64,000 nt of DNA from an uncultured Gemmatimonadales bacterium. GTDB lineage: Bacteria > Gemmatimonadota > Gemmatimonadetes > Gemmatimonadales > Gemmatimonadaceae. Under the pieces are notes generated by a model. That model saw nothing but the letters and a program-made list of their open reading frames with translations, ran no database searches and was not told where the DNA came from. This document shows positions 19,679-29,761 of the stretch, in pieces (positions within the stretch are counted from its first letter, which is position 1; the number at the start of each line of letters is the position of its first letter). The stretch spans positions 1,600,001 through 1,664,000 of the forward strand of contig OY969695.1 in NCBI GenBank assembly GCA_963701965.1. Direction: 5' to 3'. The position numbers and the translations under genes were made by a program.

Positions 19679-19702
19679 CGGTTGCCGACGTACCTTCGAG
19701 GA
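19654..19702 (+). promoter_or_regulatory. Perfect 20-bp palindrome (putative ArsR operator) plus sigma70-like leaderless promoter
   Basis: CGTCAACAATATTGTTGACG (19654-19673); TTGACG-17-TACCTT-6-GTG 19703. Confidence 0.75.
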
Positions 19703-20032
19703 GTGCCGCGAACGTCACGCCGGGTCGGGCCCGTATTCGAGGCGCTGGCGAATGAGCCTCGGCGTCAGATCGTGGCCCGTCTGGCGCAGGGCGCCATGAG
19801 TACGCCGGAGATTGGTCGGCAGTTCGGCTTCAGCCGGCAGGCGCTCAACCGGCATGTCGGCATTCTCGAGCGGGCCGGCCTGGTGCGGCGGACCATGCAC
19901 GGGCGGATGCACGAGTTGCGCCTCGTGCCGGCGCCGCTGGACGAAGTCGTGGAGTGGGTCGCGATTCTGCGTAGGGGATGGGAAGGCAACCTTGACCGCT
20001 TGGGCCATGTGCTCGGGAGGGACGATGCGTGA
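19703..20032 (+). CDS. ArsR/SmtB family regulator
   Basis: VFEALANEPRRQIV..L, SRQAL..H..IL..AGLV. Confidence 0.88.
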   Translation: MPRTSRRVGPVFEALANEPRRQIVARLAQGAMSTPEIGRQFGFSRQALNRHVGILERAGLVRRTMHGRMHELRLVPAPLDEVVEWVAILRRGWEGNLDRLGHVLGRDDA

Positions 20033-20444
20033 GTCAGTCACCCTCGTGCGCGACTATCCGCTCCCGCCAGCCCACGTGTTTCGGGCGTGGACCGACGTCG
20101 AGTTGCTCGGCCGATGGTTCGGGTGTGGTCCCGACATGCTGTGGACCATCCACGAGTGGGATGTGCGTGTCGGCGGCGCCATCCACGTGAGCCTCCTATT
20201 CGACAAAGGACCGTATGTCGTGCGCGGCGAGTTTCTGATCGTCGATCCGCCGCGCCGTCTGCGCTATCGATTTGGCGACGCACACATCGTCGATGTGACG
20301 ATCGAGGCGCACGGCGCGGGCAGCCGCGTCACGGTGCGCAACGAGGGCCTCGACACGCCGGACATGCGCGCGACCATCGAGGCCGGCTGGACCAGCGGGT
20401 TGGCGCAACTCGGGGCGTTGGTCGCGACGGCTCCCGTCTCATAA
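20025..20444 (+). CDS. SRPBCC/AHSA1 domain protein
   Basis: VFRAWTD..L..WF, D.RVGG, DPPRRL, GW...L..L. Confidence 0.88.
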   Translation: MRESVTLVRDYPLPPAHVFRAWTDVELLGRWFGCGPDMLWTIHEWDVRVGGAIHVSLLFDKGPYVVRGEFLIVDPPRRLRYRFGDAHIVDVTIEAHGAGSRVTVRNEGLDTPDMRATIEAGWTSGLAQLGALVATAPVS

Positions 20445-20839
20445 TGCCCGCCAAGAAAGCGGCCAAAAAAGCGGCCAAGAAAACGAGCGTCCCCCCGGAC
20501 CAGATGCGACTCTACGAGCAGCTCGTTGCCGCGGCCGGCATCGATGTCAAATCAAACTTCGGATCCGGATACACGGCCGTGAACGGGAACATGTTCTCGA
20601 TGATCTCGAAGTACGGGGTCGTCGGCATCCGCCTGCCCGATGCCGATCGCGCCGCATTTCTCGCGAAGTACGACGCCGAGATTTTCCGGGCCGATCCGAA
20701 ATGGCCGCCGAATCCCGAGTACGTCGCGGTGCCCGCCGACCTCCTGGCGAATACGCGGGCGCTTGCGCCGTATCTGTCGCGGGCGCACCGCTACGCGCTC
20801 GGCCTGCGCCCGAAGGCGACCAAGACGACAAAATCGTGA
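20444..20839 (+). CDS. Small hypothetical protein, TfoX-N-like
   Basis: YTAVNGNMF, EYVAVP, YA..L.PK; TAATG coupling; N-terminal AKKA repeats. Confidence 0.6.
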   Translation: MPAKKAAKKAAKKTSVPPDQMRLYEQLVAAAGIDVKSNFGSGYTAVNGNMFSMISKYGVVGIRLPDADRAAFLAKYDAEIFRADPKWPPNPEYVAVPADLLANTRALAPYLSRAHRYALGLRPKATKTTKS

Positions 20840-20927
20840 GGTTGTTGGCCCCCACATCTCACCAATTCCTAACATTGAGCGCACGTCACACGCTGGTTTC
20901 GGCGCGCTTTCAGAATTAGCATAGCGG

Positions 20928-23345
20928 GTGCTCCTGGTTCCCTTGGTCGTCGTCGGCGCCGCCTTGCACCTCGCGGCGCCGTTCGTTTCCGACACCGATT
21001 CCACGGCCTATCGTAAGGCCGTGACGCCACGCGTCGCCGCGCAGCCCAACGTGTACGACGGGCGCGCCGGCCAGCTCTCGGTGCCCATCCCGCGCATCAA
21101 CGCCCAGATTCCCGTGGACGGCACGCTGTCGGCCGAAGTGTGGGGACGGGCGGCGCTGCTCACCGGGTTTTCCGAGTATCAGCCAGTGGATGGGCGCCCC
21201 GCGGAAGACTCCACCGAGGTGCTGGTCTGGTATTCCGCCGACGCCATCTATTTCGGCATCCGGGCGTTCGAGCTCCACGGCGCCGCGCACGCGACCATGG
21301 CCAACCGGGACAAGATCGACGGCGATGACAACGTCCAGTTGATCCTGAGCCCCTTTGTGCACTCGCATCAGGCGCTCGTCTTCGCCGTGAATCCATTTGG
21401 CGCGCAGGAAGACGGGACGATCACCGAAGGCGTCGGACGGTCGCGGGGGTTCGGCGTGAATAACGTGACCGGTCCCGATTCGACCGACTTGAGCCCGGAC
21501 TTCGTGTACGAGTCCAAGGGACAGGTCACGCCTTTCGGTTATCAGATCGAAGTGCGGATCCCGTTCCGCAGCATCAAGTTCCCGGCGAAATCGCCGCAGG
21601 ACTGGGGGATCAACATCCTGCGGAAGATCCAGCATTCCGGGCACAGCGACACCTGGTATCCGACGAAGTTGGCCGCGTCGTCATACCTCGATCAGGCGGG
21701 CACGCTCACCGGGCTCGCCGATCTGAGCGCCGGACTCGTGCTCGATCTGAACCCCATCGTCACCGAGAAGGCGATCGGCACGCCCACGTTCGGGTCGGGG
21801 CCGGGATGGCGCTACGACGCCGATCGCCCGCAGTTCGGCGGAAACGTCCGCTGGGGCATCACCAACAGCCTTTTGCTCAACGGGACCTTTCGCCCCGACT
21901 TCGCCGAAGTCGAATCCGACGCGACGCAGCTCGTCCTCGATCCGCGCGCCGCCATCCTGTACCCCGAAAAGCGCCCGTTCTTTCTCGACGGACTGGAACA
22001 GTTCAACACCCCGTCGAATCTGATCTACACGCGGCAGATCGAAGCGCCGATCGGCGCCACGAAACTCACGGGCAAGGTTGGGGACGTGTCGCTCGCCTAT
22101 CTCGGCGCGGTCGACAATGAGCCGGCCACAGGCCTCGAGGGCGGCCACCCCGCGTTCAACATCCTGCGCGTGCGCGAAGACTTCACGCAGGGCTCGGAGA
22201 TCGGCGCGGCCGTAACCGACAAAGAGATTGGCGGCAGCTTCAACCGCCTGGCCAGCGTCGATACCCGGCTGACCTTCGGGAAGCTCTATACGCTCTCCAT
22301 GCAAGCCGCCGGGAGTACCACGCGCGATGGCGGATTGTCCACCGCCGGCCCGCTGTGGGCGGCGAACTTCTCGCGCGCCGGCCGCTCGTTCATCATGAAC
22401 TACAATCTCTCGGGCATCGATCCCGAGTTCGTGGCGGCCAGCGGATTCATCTCCCGCGCCGGCGTCGCCAACGCATCGGCGGACTGGCGATATACGTTCT
22501 ATCCCAAGCACACGTTTCTGGACACATTCGGGATCGACCTGCTGATCAACGACACCTGGGTCTATCGCGACTTCACATCGGGCCACGCCCCGGAGGATCG
22601 CCGCTACCATATCACGTGGCTGGCCACGCTCCACGGCGGATGGCAGTTCCTGTTCGGGCTGTACGCCGAGGGCTACGGGTACGACCCGTCGCTGTACGCG
22701 AACTACTATCTGGGGCACATCACGGCGCACGACACGACGTACACGCACTTTGTCGGGAGTCCGGTGATTCCCAACACGGATTACGTGCTGCAGGTCAGCA
22801 CGCCCGTGTTCTCCAAATTCGATCTGTCGCTGCTCCAGCTCGCGGGACGGGACGAGAACTTCTTCGAATGGGCACAAGCCGATATCAGCGTCACGGAGTT
22901 GACGCTCAACTATCGCCCCACCGACCAGCTCCGCGTCCAGCTCATGTACAACGCGCAGATCTACTGGCGGCACGACGACTACTCGATCGCCGCCAAGACG
23001 CTGATTCCCCGGCTCGACATCGAGTACCAGCTCTCGCGACCCATCTTCTTCCGGCTCATCGCCCAATACGACGGCGCCTACCAGAACAACCTGCGGGACG
23101 ATTCGCGGACGAACTTGCCGATCTTCTTCTTGAATCCGGGAACCACGACCTTTACCCGCGCCGCGGCGTTCCAGTCCAACCAGTTGCAGCTGTCGGGACT
23201 CTTCTCCTATCAACCGATCCCGGGCACGGTCGCGTTTCTCGGATACGGCAATACGCTGGACGAACCGAACGGCTTTCAGTTCAATCCGCTCCGGCGCATC
23301 GCCGACAATTTCTTCGTCAAGTTCAGCTACCTGTTCCGTCTCTAG
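20928..23345 (+). CDS. Carbohydrate-binding family 9-like / DUF5916 outer-membrane protein
   Basis: VDG.L.E..W, FAVNPFGAQ.D, PDFAEVESD, PEKRPFF; C-terminal FFVKFSYLFRL. Confidence 0.8.
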   Translation: MLLVPLVVVGAALHLAAPFVSDTDSTAYRKAVTPRVAAQPNVYDGRAGQLSVPIPRINAQIPVDGTLSAEVWGRAALLTGFSEYQPVDGRPAEDSTEVLVWYSADAIYFGIRAFELHGAAHATMANRDKIDGDDNVQLILSPFVHSHQALVFAVNPFGAQEDGTITEGVGRSRGFGVNNVTGPDSTDLSPDFVYESKGQVTPFGYQIEVRIPFRSIKFPAKSPQDWGINILRKIQHSGHSDTWYPTKLAASSYLDQAGTLTGLADLSAGLVLDLNPIVTEKAIGTPTFGSGPGWRYDADRPQFGGNVRWGITNSLLLNGTFRPDFAEVESDATQLVLDPRAAILYPEKRPFFLDGLEQFNTPSNLIYTRQIEAPIGATKLTGKVGDVSLAYLGAVDNEPATGLEGGHPAFNILRVREDFTQGSEIGAAVTDKEIGGSFNRLASVDTRLTFGKLYTLSMQAAGSTTRDGGLSTAGPLWAANFSRAGRSFIMNYNLSGIDPEFVAASGFISRAGVANASADWRYTFYPKHTFLDTFGIDLLINDTWVYRDFTSGHAPEDRRYHITWLATLHGGWQFLFGLYAEGYGYDPSLYANYYLGHITAHDTTYTHFVGSPVIPNTDYVLQVSTPVFSKFDLSLLQLAGRDENFFEWAQADISVTELTLNYRPTDQLRVQLMYNAQIYWRHDDYSIAAKTLIPRLDIEYQLSRPIFFRLIAQYDGAYQNNLRDDSRTNLPIFFLNPGTTTFTRAAAFQSNQLQLSGLFSYQPIPGTVAFLGYGNTLDEPNGFQFNPLRRIADNFFVKFSYLFRL

Positions 23346-23376
23346 TAGTTGGCTTGGGCATCCGTGTCATCATGAC

Positions 23377-23844
23377 ATGACCATAATCCTCTCCGCCCTC
23401 CTCGTCGCCGGCGCGCTGGCGGCCAACGTGGCGCACGCCCAGACGACCGAGTCGACGCCAGAGCGCCAGATCCGGCCGCTCATGGATGAGCTGATGCTGG
23501 CCGCGAACGCCCACGACACGGATCGCTACCTCAAGCCGTTCGTGCACGACTCGTCCCTGCTCTTCGTCTTCAACGGGATCGTGGTCAACGGGTATACCAA
23601 GCTGCGGGAGCTCCAGTACAAAGCCTGGAACAGCCCCAAGACCAATGCCGTGTACACCCTTCGCGGGCCCGACGCCTACACCGTTCTGGATTCCCGCATG
23701 GTCATCGTCACCAGCCTCCTGTCCTCCCGGCGGACGATGCCGACCGGCGAGACCAAGAGCGGCGACCTGGTGATCACCATCCTCTGGCAGATGCGCCCCG
23801 ACGGGTGGCACATCGTTCACGCGCACGAATCGACGTTGCGCTAG
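23377..23844 (+). CDS. Exported NTF2-like (DUF4440/SnoaL) protein
   Basis: Signal peptide; C-terminal DGWHIVHAHES. Confidence 0.75.
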   Translation: MTIILSALLVAGALAANVAHAQTTESTPERQIRPLMDELMLAANAHDTDRYLKPFVHDSSLLFVFNGIVVNGYTKLRELQYKAWNSPKTNAVYTLRGPDAYTVLDSRMVIVTSLLSSRRTMPTGETKSGDLVITILWQMRPDGWHIVHAHESTLR

Positions 23845-23926
23845 GAACACGTGGTGCGGGCGGGGAATCGGCGACATATTCGGAGTCGCCACCCAATGTC
23901 GCGGTGGCCTCCTCCCTCCCCCGCCC

Positions 23927-25792
23927 ATGCTACGTTCTCTAGTCGTTGCGGTACTGTTGTCGCTCGTCGCATCGCCCGCGATCGTGCGTGCCCAGGGCCA
24001 GCCCCAGACCGCGTCGGTTCGCTCGACGCGATGGGCGCCCATCTCCAACGTCGTTTATGACGTCACCGTGGATTCGGCGCGTACCGCGGCCCGGTCGCTG
24101 TCCGTGGCGATGCACTTTCGCGTCGCGGGGCCCGGGCCGGTCGTCCTCGCCCTGCCCGCGTGGTCTCCGGGCCACTACACGCTGCTATGGTTCGCGCGCC
24201 GGGTGTCGCACTTTGCGCCGACCAGCGGCGACCGGCCGGTCGAGTGGCACCAACTCGATTTCGAGACGTGGCGCCTCGATGGCCTGACGCCCGGCGCCTC
24301 GGTGACCGTCGGATTCGACTATCGGGCCGACACCATCGATCGGGCCGTCGCCTGGACGCAGCCCGACTTCGCGTTTTTCAACGGCACGAATCTCTTCCTG
24401 TACCCCGTGGGCCAGGGCTTCGACTGGGGCGCCCAGGTGCGTGTGCACGCGCCGGACGGTTGGCGCGTCGCCACCGGGATGACGCCGGGCACGGCGCCGG
24501 GCGTCTTCACGGAATCCAACTATCACGACCTGGTCGATTGCCCGTTCTTCGTCGGCCACTTCGACCTGGATAGCGTCGCGGTCAGTGCCACGCCCGGCGG
24601 ACCCAAGGATCACTGGGTACGCGCCGCGAGTTATCCGGCCGGCGCGGTTACCGGCGCGCACCTGACGCGCTGGATGGATTGGCTCGCCAAGATCGCTCCC
24701 GCGCACGCGGCCGTCTTCCACGACATGCCGTGGAAGACGTACACGGTGCTGCAGGTGGCCGACCCGCATCCCAACGGCGGAGGACTGGAGCACCATGATT
24801 CCCAAATGGACGAGATCAGCGCCGAGTGGCTCGATCTCCCGTTTCTGCCGGGGCTGTACTCACACGAGATGTTCCACGCCTGGAACGTGAAGCGCCTGCG
24901 CCCCGCGGACCTGGTGCCGTACCGCTATGACGATGCCCAGCCAACGCCGTGGCTCTGGGTGAGCGAAGGCATCACCGACTACTACAGCAACATCGGCATC
25001 GTCCGGAGCGGGATCGGCGACTCCACGGGATTCTTCTCGGCCATGGCGGTGGCGATGACGTCGGTCGTCACCGCGCCGCCCACCGCGCTCGCCGACGCGT
25101 CGCTGCGTTCGTGGATCGACCCGACGGACGGCTCATCGGGCCTCTATTACCCCAAGGGATTGGCCGCCGGGTTCCTGCTCGACATCCTGATTCGCGACGC
25201 GAGCGACAATCGGCATTCGCTCGACGACGTCATGCGCGCGGTCTACGACTCGACTTACAAACATGGCCGCGGCTTCACGCCGGTCGACTGGTGGACGGCC
25301 GTGGCCCGGGCCGCGGCGCCGGGAACGCCCCGGATCTCGTTCGCCGACGTGCGGCGGCGGTTCATCGAGGGACGTGACGCATTCCCGTGGGAGACGATCC
25401 TCCCGCTCGCCGGCCTGCGCATCACCCGGGACAGCGCCCGCGTGGTCACCCTCGGTCTCGCGACCAGACCGGACTCCGCTGGCCGCGCGCGCGTCGCGTT
25501 CGTGGCGCCGCATAGCGCGGCGGAGCTGGCGGGCATCAAGGCGGGCGATGTCTTGACGCAATTCGGCGACGTGGTCTTCCATGATCCGTCGCAACTCGAC
25601 GCGGCCCGACGCCGATACGGCGGCGCCGAGGGCACGACGGTCGACGCCACAGTCGTGCGCGCCGGCCAAACACTGACATTGCCCGTGGGCATCCGGACGA
25701 CGGTCGAGACACACATCAGGGTAAATGCCGATCCAGCGGCGTCTCCCAAGGCGGCCAGGATCCGCCAGGGGATTCTGACGGGAAGCACCTGA
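23927..25792 (+). CDS. M61 glycyl aminopeptidase with PDZ domain, exported
   Basis: PAWSPGHY, GGGLEH, HEMFHAWN, LWVSEG.TDYY, YYPKG, C-terminal PDZ. Confidence 0.9.
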   Translation: MLRSLVVAVLLSLVASPAIVRAQGQPQTASVRSTRWAPISNVVYDVTVDSARTAARSLSVAMHFRVAGPGPVVLALPAWSPGHYTLLWFARRVSHFAPTSGDRPVEWHQLDFETWRLDGLTPGASVTVGFDYRADTIDRAVAWTQPDFAFFNGTNLFLYPVGQGFDWGAQVRVHAPDGWRVATGMTPGTAPGVFTESNYHDLVDCPFFVGHFDLDSVAVSATPGGPKDHWVRAASYPAGAVTGAHLTRWMDWLAKIAPAHAAVFHDMPWKTYTVLQVADPHPNGGGLEHHDSQMDEISAEWLDLPFLPGLYSHEMFHAWNVKRLRPADLVPYRYDDAQPTPWLWVSEGITDYYSNIGIVRSGIGDSTGFFSAMAVAMTSVVTAPPTALADASLRSWIDPTDGSSGLYYPKGLAAGFLLDILIRDASDNRHSLDDVMRAVYDSTYKHGRGFTPVDWWTAVARAAAPGTPRISFADVRRRFIEGRDAFPWETILPLAGLRITRDSARVVTLGLATRPDSAGRARVAFVAPHSAAELAGIKAGDVLTQFGDVVFHDPSQLDAARRRYGGAEGTTVDATVVRAGQTLTLPVGIRTTVETHIRVNADPAASPKAARIRQGILTGST

Positions 25793-25875
25793 TTATCCGG
25801 CGGTTTCGGGCCTATCTGTCCGGCCGTTCGCAGGTCAGATTAGGCCCGTCACCCTGACCCTCCACCGTCGCGCCC

Positions 25876-26502
25876 ATGCCCGTTGTCCTGGTTCTCGCCA
25901 TCGCCGCCCTCACCGCGCTCGGACCGGGTGATTCGGCGAAGAAGACCGCGCCCGAAACCAGCCTGCCGATCCTGCCGACCCGGCACACGCAGTTCACCAC
26001 CGACGAAGGCACGTGGATGTCGCTCGACGTGTCGCCCGACGGTCAGAACGTGGTGTTCGATCTGGTGGGCGATCTCTACACGGTGCCGATCACCGGCGGC
26101 AAAGCGACGCGGATCACGTCGGGCATGGGATTCGACGGTCAACCGCGCTATGCACCGGACGGCAAATCGATCGTGTACGTGACCGATCGGAGCGGATACG
26201 AGAATCTGTGGCTGGTCGACCCGGATGGAAAAAATCCGCGCGCCCTGACCAAAGACCATCTCGCCCGCGTGGGCGCCCGACGGGCACTACCTGATCGTCT
26301 CCCGGACCAAGGCCGGCATTCTGCGATGGCCTTTCTCGCGTCCCGGGCGCTGCGCGCCATGCTCTACGGCGTGAGCGCCAGCGACCCGCTGCTTATGGCC
26401 GGCGTGCCGGTCGTCTTTTCCCTCGTCGCCTTGGCGGCGACGTGGGCTCCGGCGCGCCGCGCCGCCAGCGTGGATCCCGTCGTGGCGATCAAGACCGAGT
26501 AG
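25876..26502 (+). pseudogene. Chimeric remnant: N-terminus of a PD40/TolB-like beta-propeller protein fused to the C-terminus of an ADOP permease
   Basis: FTTDEGTWMSLDVSPDG..FDL.GDLY..; continues in another frame as ISPAWAPDGHYLIVSR; then LYGVSASDP..PARRAASVDPVVAIKTE. Confidence 0.75.
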
Positions 26503-26520
26503 GCGCCTGTCAGGCCAGAG

Positions 26521-28302
26521 TCAAAACCCTTCCGCGGCACCGTGGACGCGCGGGTCGGGCATGCCGGAGACGCCGTTGGCGTTTCGCAGAATCGACGCGC
26601 CGATACCGAGGCCTCCCCGGGCCGGCTCCACGGGTTGGTGCATCGCCTGGAGCGCCGCGATCGCGTCATCGCGCAGCCCGTTCGGCTCGTAGAGCAGCGT
26701 GTCGGGGAGATGCTGGTGGTGCACGCGGGGGGCGCTCACCGCGGCGTTGATGCCCATGTCGTAGTCAATGACGTTGGACATGACCTGGAACACGGCGGTG
26801 ATGATCCGACCGCTGCCGCTGGCACCGGTCACCAGCATCGGCGTGCCGTCCTTCCCCAGCACGATAGTCGGCGTCATCAATGAGAGCATGCGCTTGCCGG
26901 GGGCGATCGCGTTGGCCTCGCCTTGCACGAGTCCGGCGCTGTTCGGCACTCCGGGCTCGGCGGTGAAGTCATCCATCTCGTTGTTGAGCAGGAACCCCGC
27001 GCCCCCGACGGTGGACGCCGAGCCAAACCCGGAGTTGATCGTCGTCGTGAGCGCCACGGCGTTGCCCTGACCATCGACGACCGAGAAGTGCGTCGTGTGC
27101 ATGCCCTCGGTGCCGGCGCCCGTCGGGAACGCGACGGCCGCGGATGGCGTGGCGCTGTCCGGACGGATGCTGGCCGACAGACTGTCAGCAAACGACTGCG
27201 ACAGGAGCCTTGCCGTGGGGATAGTGACCGCGTCCGGGTCGCCCAGGAAGTGATTCCGCACGGCGAACGCTCGGCGCATCGATTCGGCCAGCAGATGGAG
27301 CTCGGCCGGCGAGTGCCACGCCAACGCATGCAGATCGCGATCCTTGAGCATGTCCGCCATGAGCGCGATCGTCAGGCCACCCGACGACGGCGGCGGCATC
27401 GAGATGACGTGATAGCCGCGATAGTCGAATGTGACCGGCGTGCGCCATTTCGCGTGATAGCCCGCGAGATCCGCCTTGGTGATGATCCCATGCCCGCGCT
27501 TCATCTCGGCGACGATCGCATCGGCGGTCGGCCCGGAGTAGAACGCGGTCGGCCCCTTGGCCGCGATCCGCTTGAGCACCGCGGCCAAGTCGGGATTCCG
27601 CCACCGATCGCCGGGATGGAGCGGTTGGCCATGGGGCAGGAACAGGGCGGCGCTCGCCGGGAATCGCGAAAGCCGGGCACTGTCCGCGTGCGTGTTGCGC
27701 GCGAAGTCCGAGTCCACGACGAATCCCGTGTCCGCCAGGGCGATCGCCGGGGCCAGGACGTCGGCCCACGGCTTCGAGCCGAAGCGATGATGCGCTTCCC
27801 ACAGTCCCGCGACCGAGCCCGGGACCCCCGCGGCAAGATCACCGGTCACCGACCGGTCGTCCGGCTTCCCCGAGCTCCCAATGTACATGTCGCGCGTGGC
27901 CGCCGCGGGCGCGGTCTCCCGGAAGTCGAGCGCCACGGGATCACTGCCCGCCATCTTGGCGACGAAGAATCCCCCGCCACCGATGTTGCCGGCCGCCGGG
28001 AACACGACCGCCAGCGCAAAAGCCGTCGCCACCGCCGCGTCCACCGCGTTGCCGCCCGCCCGCAGCACCTCGGCACCGACGTGGGTCGCCAACGGCGCGT
28101 CGGTGGCGACCATGCCGTGCGGCGCCGTCACCGCTGGCGCCGTGAGTGGGAATGGCCAATTCGCGGGGACCGCGTCTCCCGGCGACGCCGGCGTGCCGCC
28201 AGCCGTCCCGCGGTCGGCGCCCGCACTGGAGTGACAACCAACAGCGGTCGCGACCGCGACCACCAGCGCTGATGTCCACATTGTCCCACGGCCGACCGGC
28301 AT
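26521..28302 (-). CDS. ggt: Gamma-glutamyltranspeptidase, probable lipoprotein
   Basis: GGNAVDAAVA, GNIGGGGF, DFRETAP, HTTHFSVVD nucleophile Thr, LLNNEMDDF; atypical SLM and GSG motifs. Confidence 0.92.
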   Translation of the reverse strand: MPVGRGTMWTSALVVAVATAVGCHSSAGADRGTAGGTPASPGDAVPANWPFPLTAPAVTAPHGMVATDAPLATHVGAEVLRAGGNAVDAAVATAFALAVVFPAAGNIGGGGFFVAKMAGSDPVALDFRETAPAAATRDMYIGSSGKPDDRSVTGDLAAGVPGSVAGLWEAHHRFGSKPWADVLAPAIALADTGFVVDSDFARNTHADSARLSRFPASAALFLPHGQPLHPGDRWRNPDLAAVLKRIAAKGPTAFYSGPTADAIVAEMKRGHGIITKADLAGYHAKWRTPVTFDYRGYHVISMPPPSSGGLTIALMADMLKDRDLHALAWHSPAELHLLAESMRRAFAVRNHFLGDPDAVTIPTARLLSQSFADSLSASIRPDSATPSAAVAFPTGAGTEGMHTTHFSVVDGQGNAVALTTTINSGFGSASTVGGAGFLLNNEMDDFTAEPGVPNSAGLVQGEANAIAPGKRMLSLMTPTIVLGKDGTPMLVTGASGSGRIITAVFQVMSNVIDYDMGINAAVSAPRVHHQHLPDTLLYEPNGLRDDAIAALQAMHQPVEPARGGLGIGASILRNANGVSGMPDPRVHGAAEGF

Positions 28303-28325
28303 ACGACTCCTCCGAGACTTGGAGC

Positions 28326-29123
28326 TTACACCGCGAAGTGTTTCAGATACAGGTACACGCACGGCGCCACCAAAAGCACGCTGTCGAACCGGTCGAATGC
28401 GCCGCCGTGCCCCGGCAGGAGCGCCGAAGAATCTTTGACCCCGGCATCCCGTTTCATGAGGGATTCGACCAGGTCGCCGAGCTGTCCGATCGTCCCCACA
28501 ATGGCGCCGAGGACGAGCGCGCCGCTCACGGGCAGAAAATCCAACACCAGATACTTCGCGGCCAGCGCCGCCGCGAACGCGCCCATCAGCCCGGCGATGG
28601 CCCCTTCCCAGCTCTTTTGCGGGCTGACGCGCGGGAGGAGCTTGTGCTTCCCCCACGCGACGCCTACGTGAAACGCCGCCGAGTCGCAGATCCAGATCGT
28701 CGCGAAGATCGAGATCACGAGGTAGCCATTCCAGAGCTCGCGGATGCCGATCAACGTCCCGAAGAAGAGCGAGACATAGAGCACGCCAAAGAGCGTGGTC
28801 GACAGATCAAGCAGCGCTGATCCCCGGCCCCGAAACAGCGCCCACAGGCTCGAGGCGATCACGATCGCGATCAGGACGACGGACAGGTCGGGCGAGACCG
28901 GCGATCGGTAGAACGACAGATTGACGAAGAATCCCCCGGCGAGACCCACGATCGCCAGGGGCTGGGCGCCTTTGGCGCGGGTCAGCCCGTACAACTCGCG
29001 GAGGGCCACCGCGGAAGCGACCGCGATGAACGTGAAGAAGTACAGGCCCCCCGCCATGCACAGCAGGAGGACAAGCGGAATGCCGACGACGCCGACGGCG
29101 ACGCGCTGCGCCAGATTGCTCAC
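28326..29123 (-). CDS. cdsA: Phosphatidate cytidylyltransferase
   Basis: SPQKSWEG, GDLVESLMKRDAGVKDS..LPGHGG.FDRFDS; start GTG 29123 inferred. Confidence 0.9.
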   Translation of the reverse strand: MSNLAQRVAVGVVGIPLVLLLCMAGGLYFFTFIAVASAVALRELYGLTRAKGAQPLAIVGLAGGFFVNLSFYRSPVSPDLSVVLIAIVIASSLWALFRGRGSALLDLSTTLFGVLYVSLFFGTLIGIRELWNGYLVISIFATIWICDSAAFHVGVAWGKHKLLPRVSPQKSWEGAIAGLMGAFAAALAAKYLVLDFLPVSGALVLGAIVGTIGQLGDLVESLMKRDAGVKDSSALLPGHGGAFDRFDSVLLVAPCVYLYLKHFAV

Positions 29124-29149
29124 GACGCGTGTGCCGGCCGGTGTCGCGG

Positions 29150-29761
29150 TCAGCTGCGGGGCTCTTGGAGTGACGCCGCCCGGGAGGCCACCGTGTCGAG
29201 GTCGCCGCCCAGGGCATCCATGGTGCGCTGGAACTGGCAGTCGATGATGAGGAGGCCGATCACGTACCCAGCCAGGTTCGCCGCGAAGATGACCTTGAAC
29301 ACCAGGGTATAGGGAAACCAGATCCCGAAGTAGAGCGCGAAGCGCTTCAGGCCCGGGTCGAACCGGGCCCGGCCCGCGACCGTCGTGAGGAGTCCGATCG
29401 CGACCAGCGCGAGCAGCACGAGCGCCAGCGGCACCAGGCCGGCGGCGGCGAACGCCAGGAAGATCACCGCTTCCGACGCCCGATCGAGCACGTCGTCGAG
29501 TCGCTTGCCGGCCTCCGACACCAGACCGAACTCGCGGGCCATCCCGCCGTCCATGCCATCGAGCACCTGGCCCAGCGCCATCAAGGCGAGACCCGCGCCG
29601 GTGCGTCCGATCGCGATCGCGCCCGCCGCCAGCACACTGACGGCAAAAGCCGACCACGTCACTTGCGTGGGCGTCACCCCAAGCTTGAGGTGGAGGAACC
29701 GCAGCGGCGGCCTGACGATCGTATCCGAGAGCCGGCCCAAGACCGGCAGGCGTTCATGCAT
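29150..29761 (-). CDS. CDP-alcohol phosphatidyltransferase
   Basis: TPTQVT and [10 protein letters not shown]...D...D signature. Confidence 0.88.
   Translation of the reverse strand: MHERLPVLGRLSDTIVRPPLRFLHLKLGVTPTQVTWSAFAVSVLAAGAIAIGRTGAGLALMALGQVLDGMDGGMAREFGLVSEAGKRLDDVLDRASEAVIFLAFAAAGLVPLALVLLALVAIGLLTTVAGRARFDPGLKRFALYFGIWFPYTLVFKVIFAANLAGYVIGLLIIDCQFQRTMDALGGDLDTVASRAASLQEPRS

Noticed and set aside
20450..20482. AKKA tandem repeat as a histone-like domain
   Set aside because: Only three units; a common low-complexity leader
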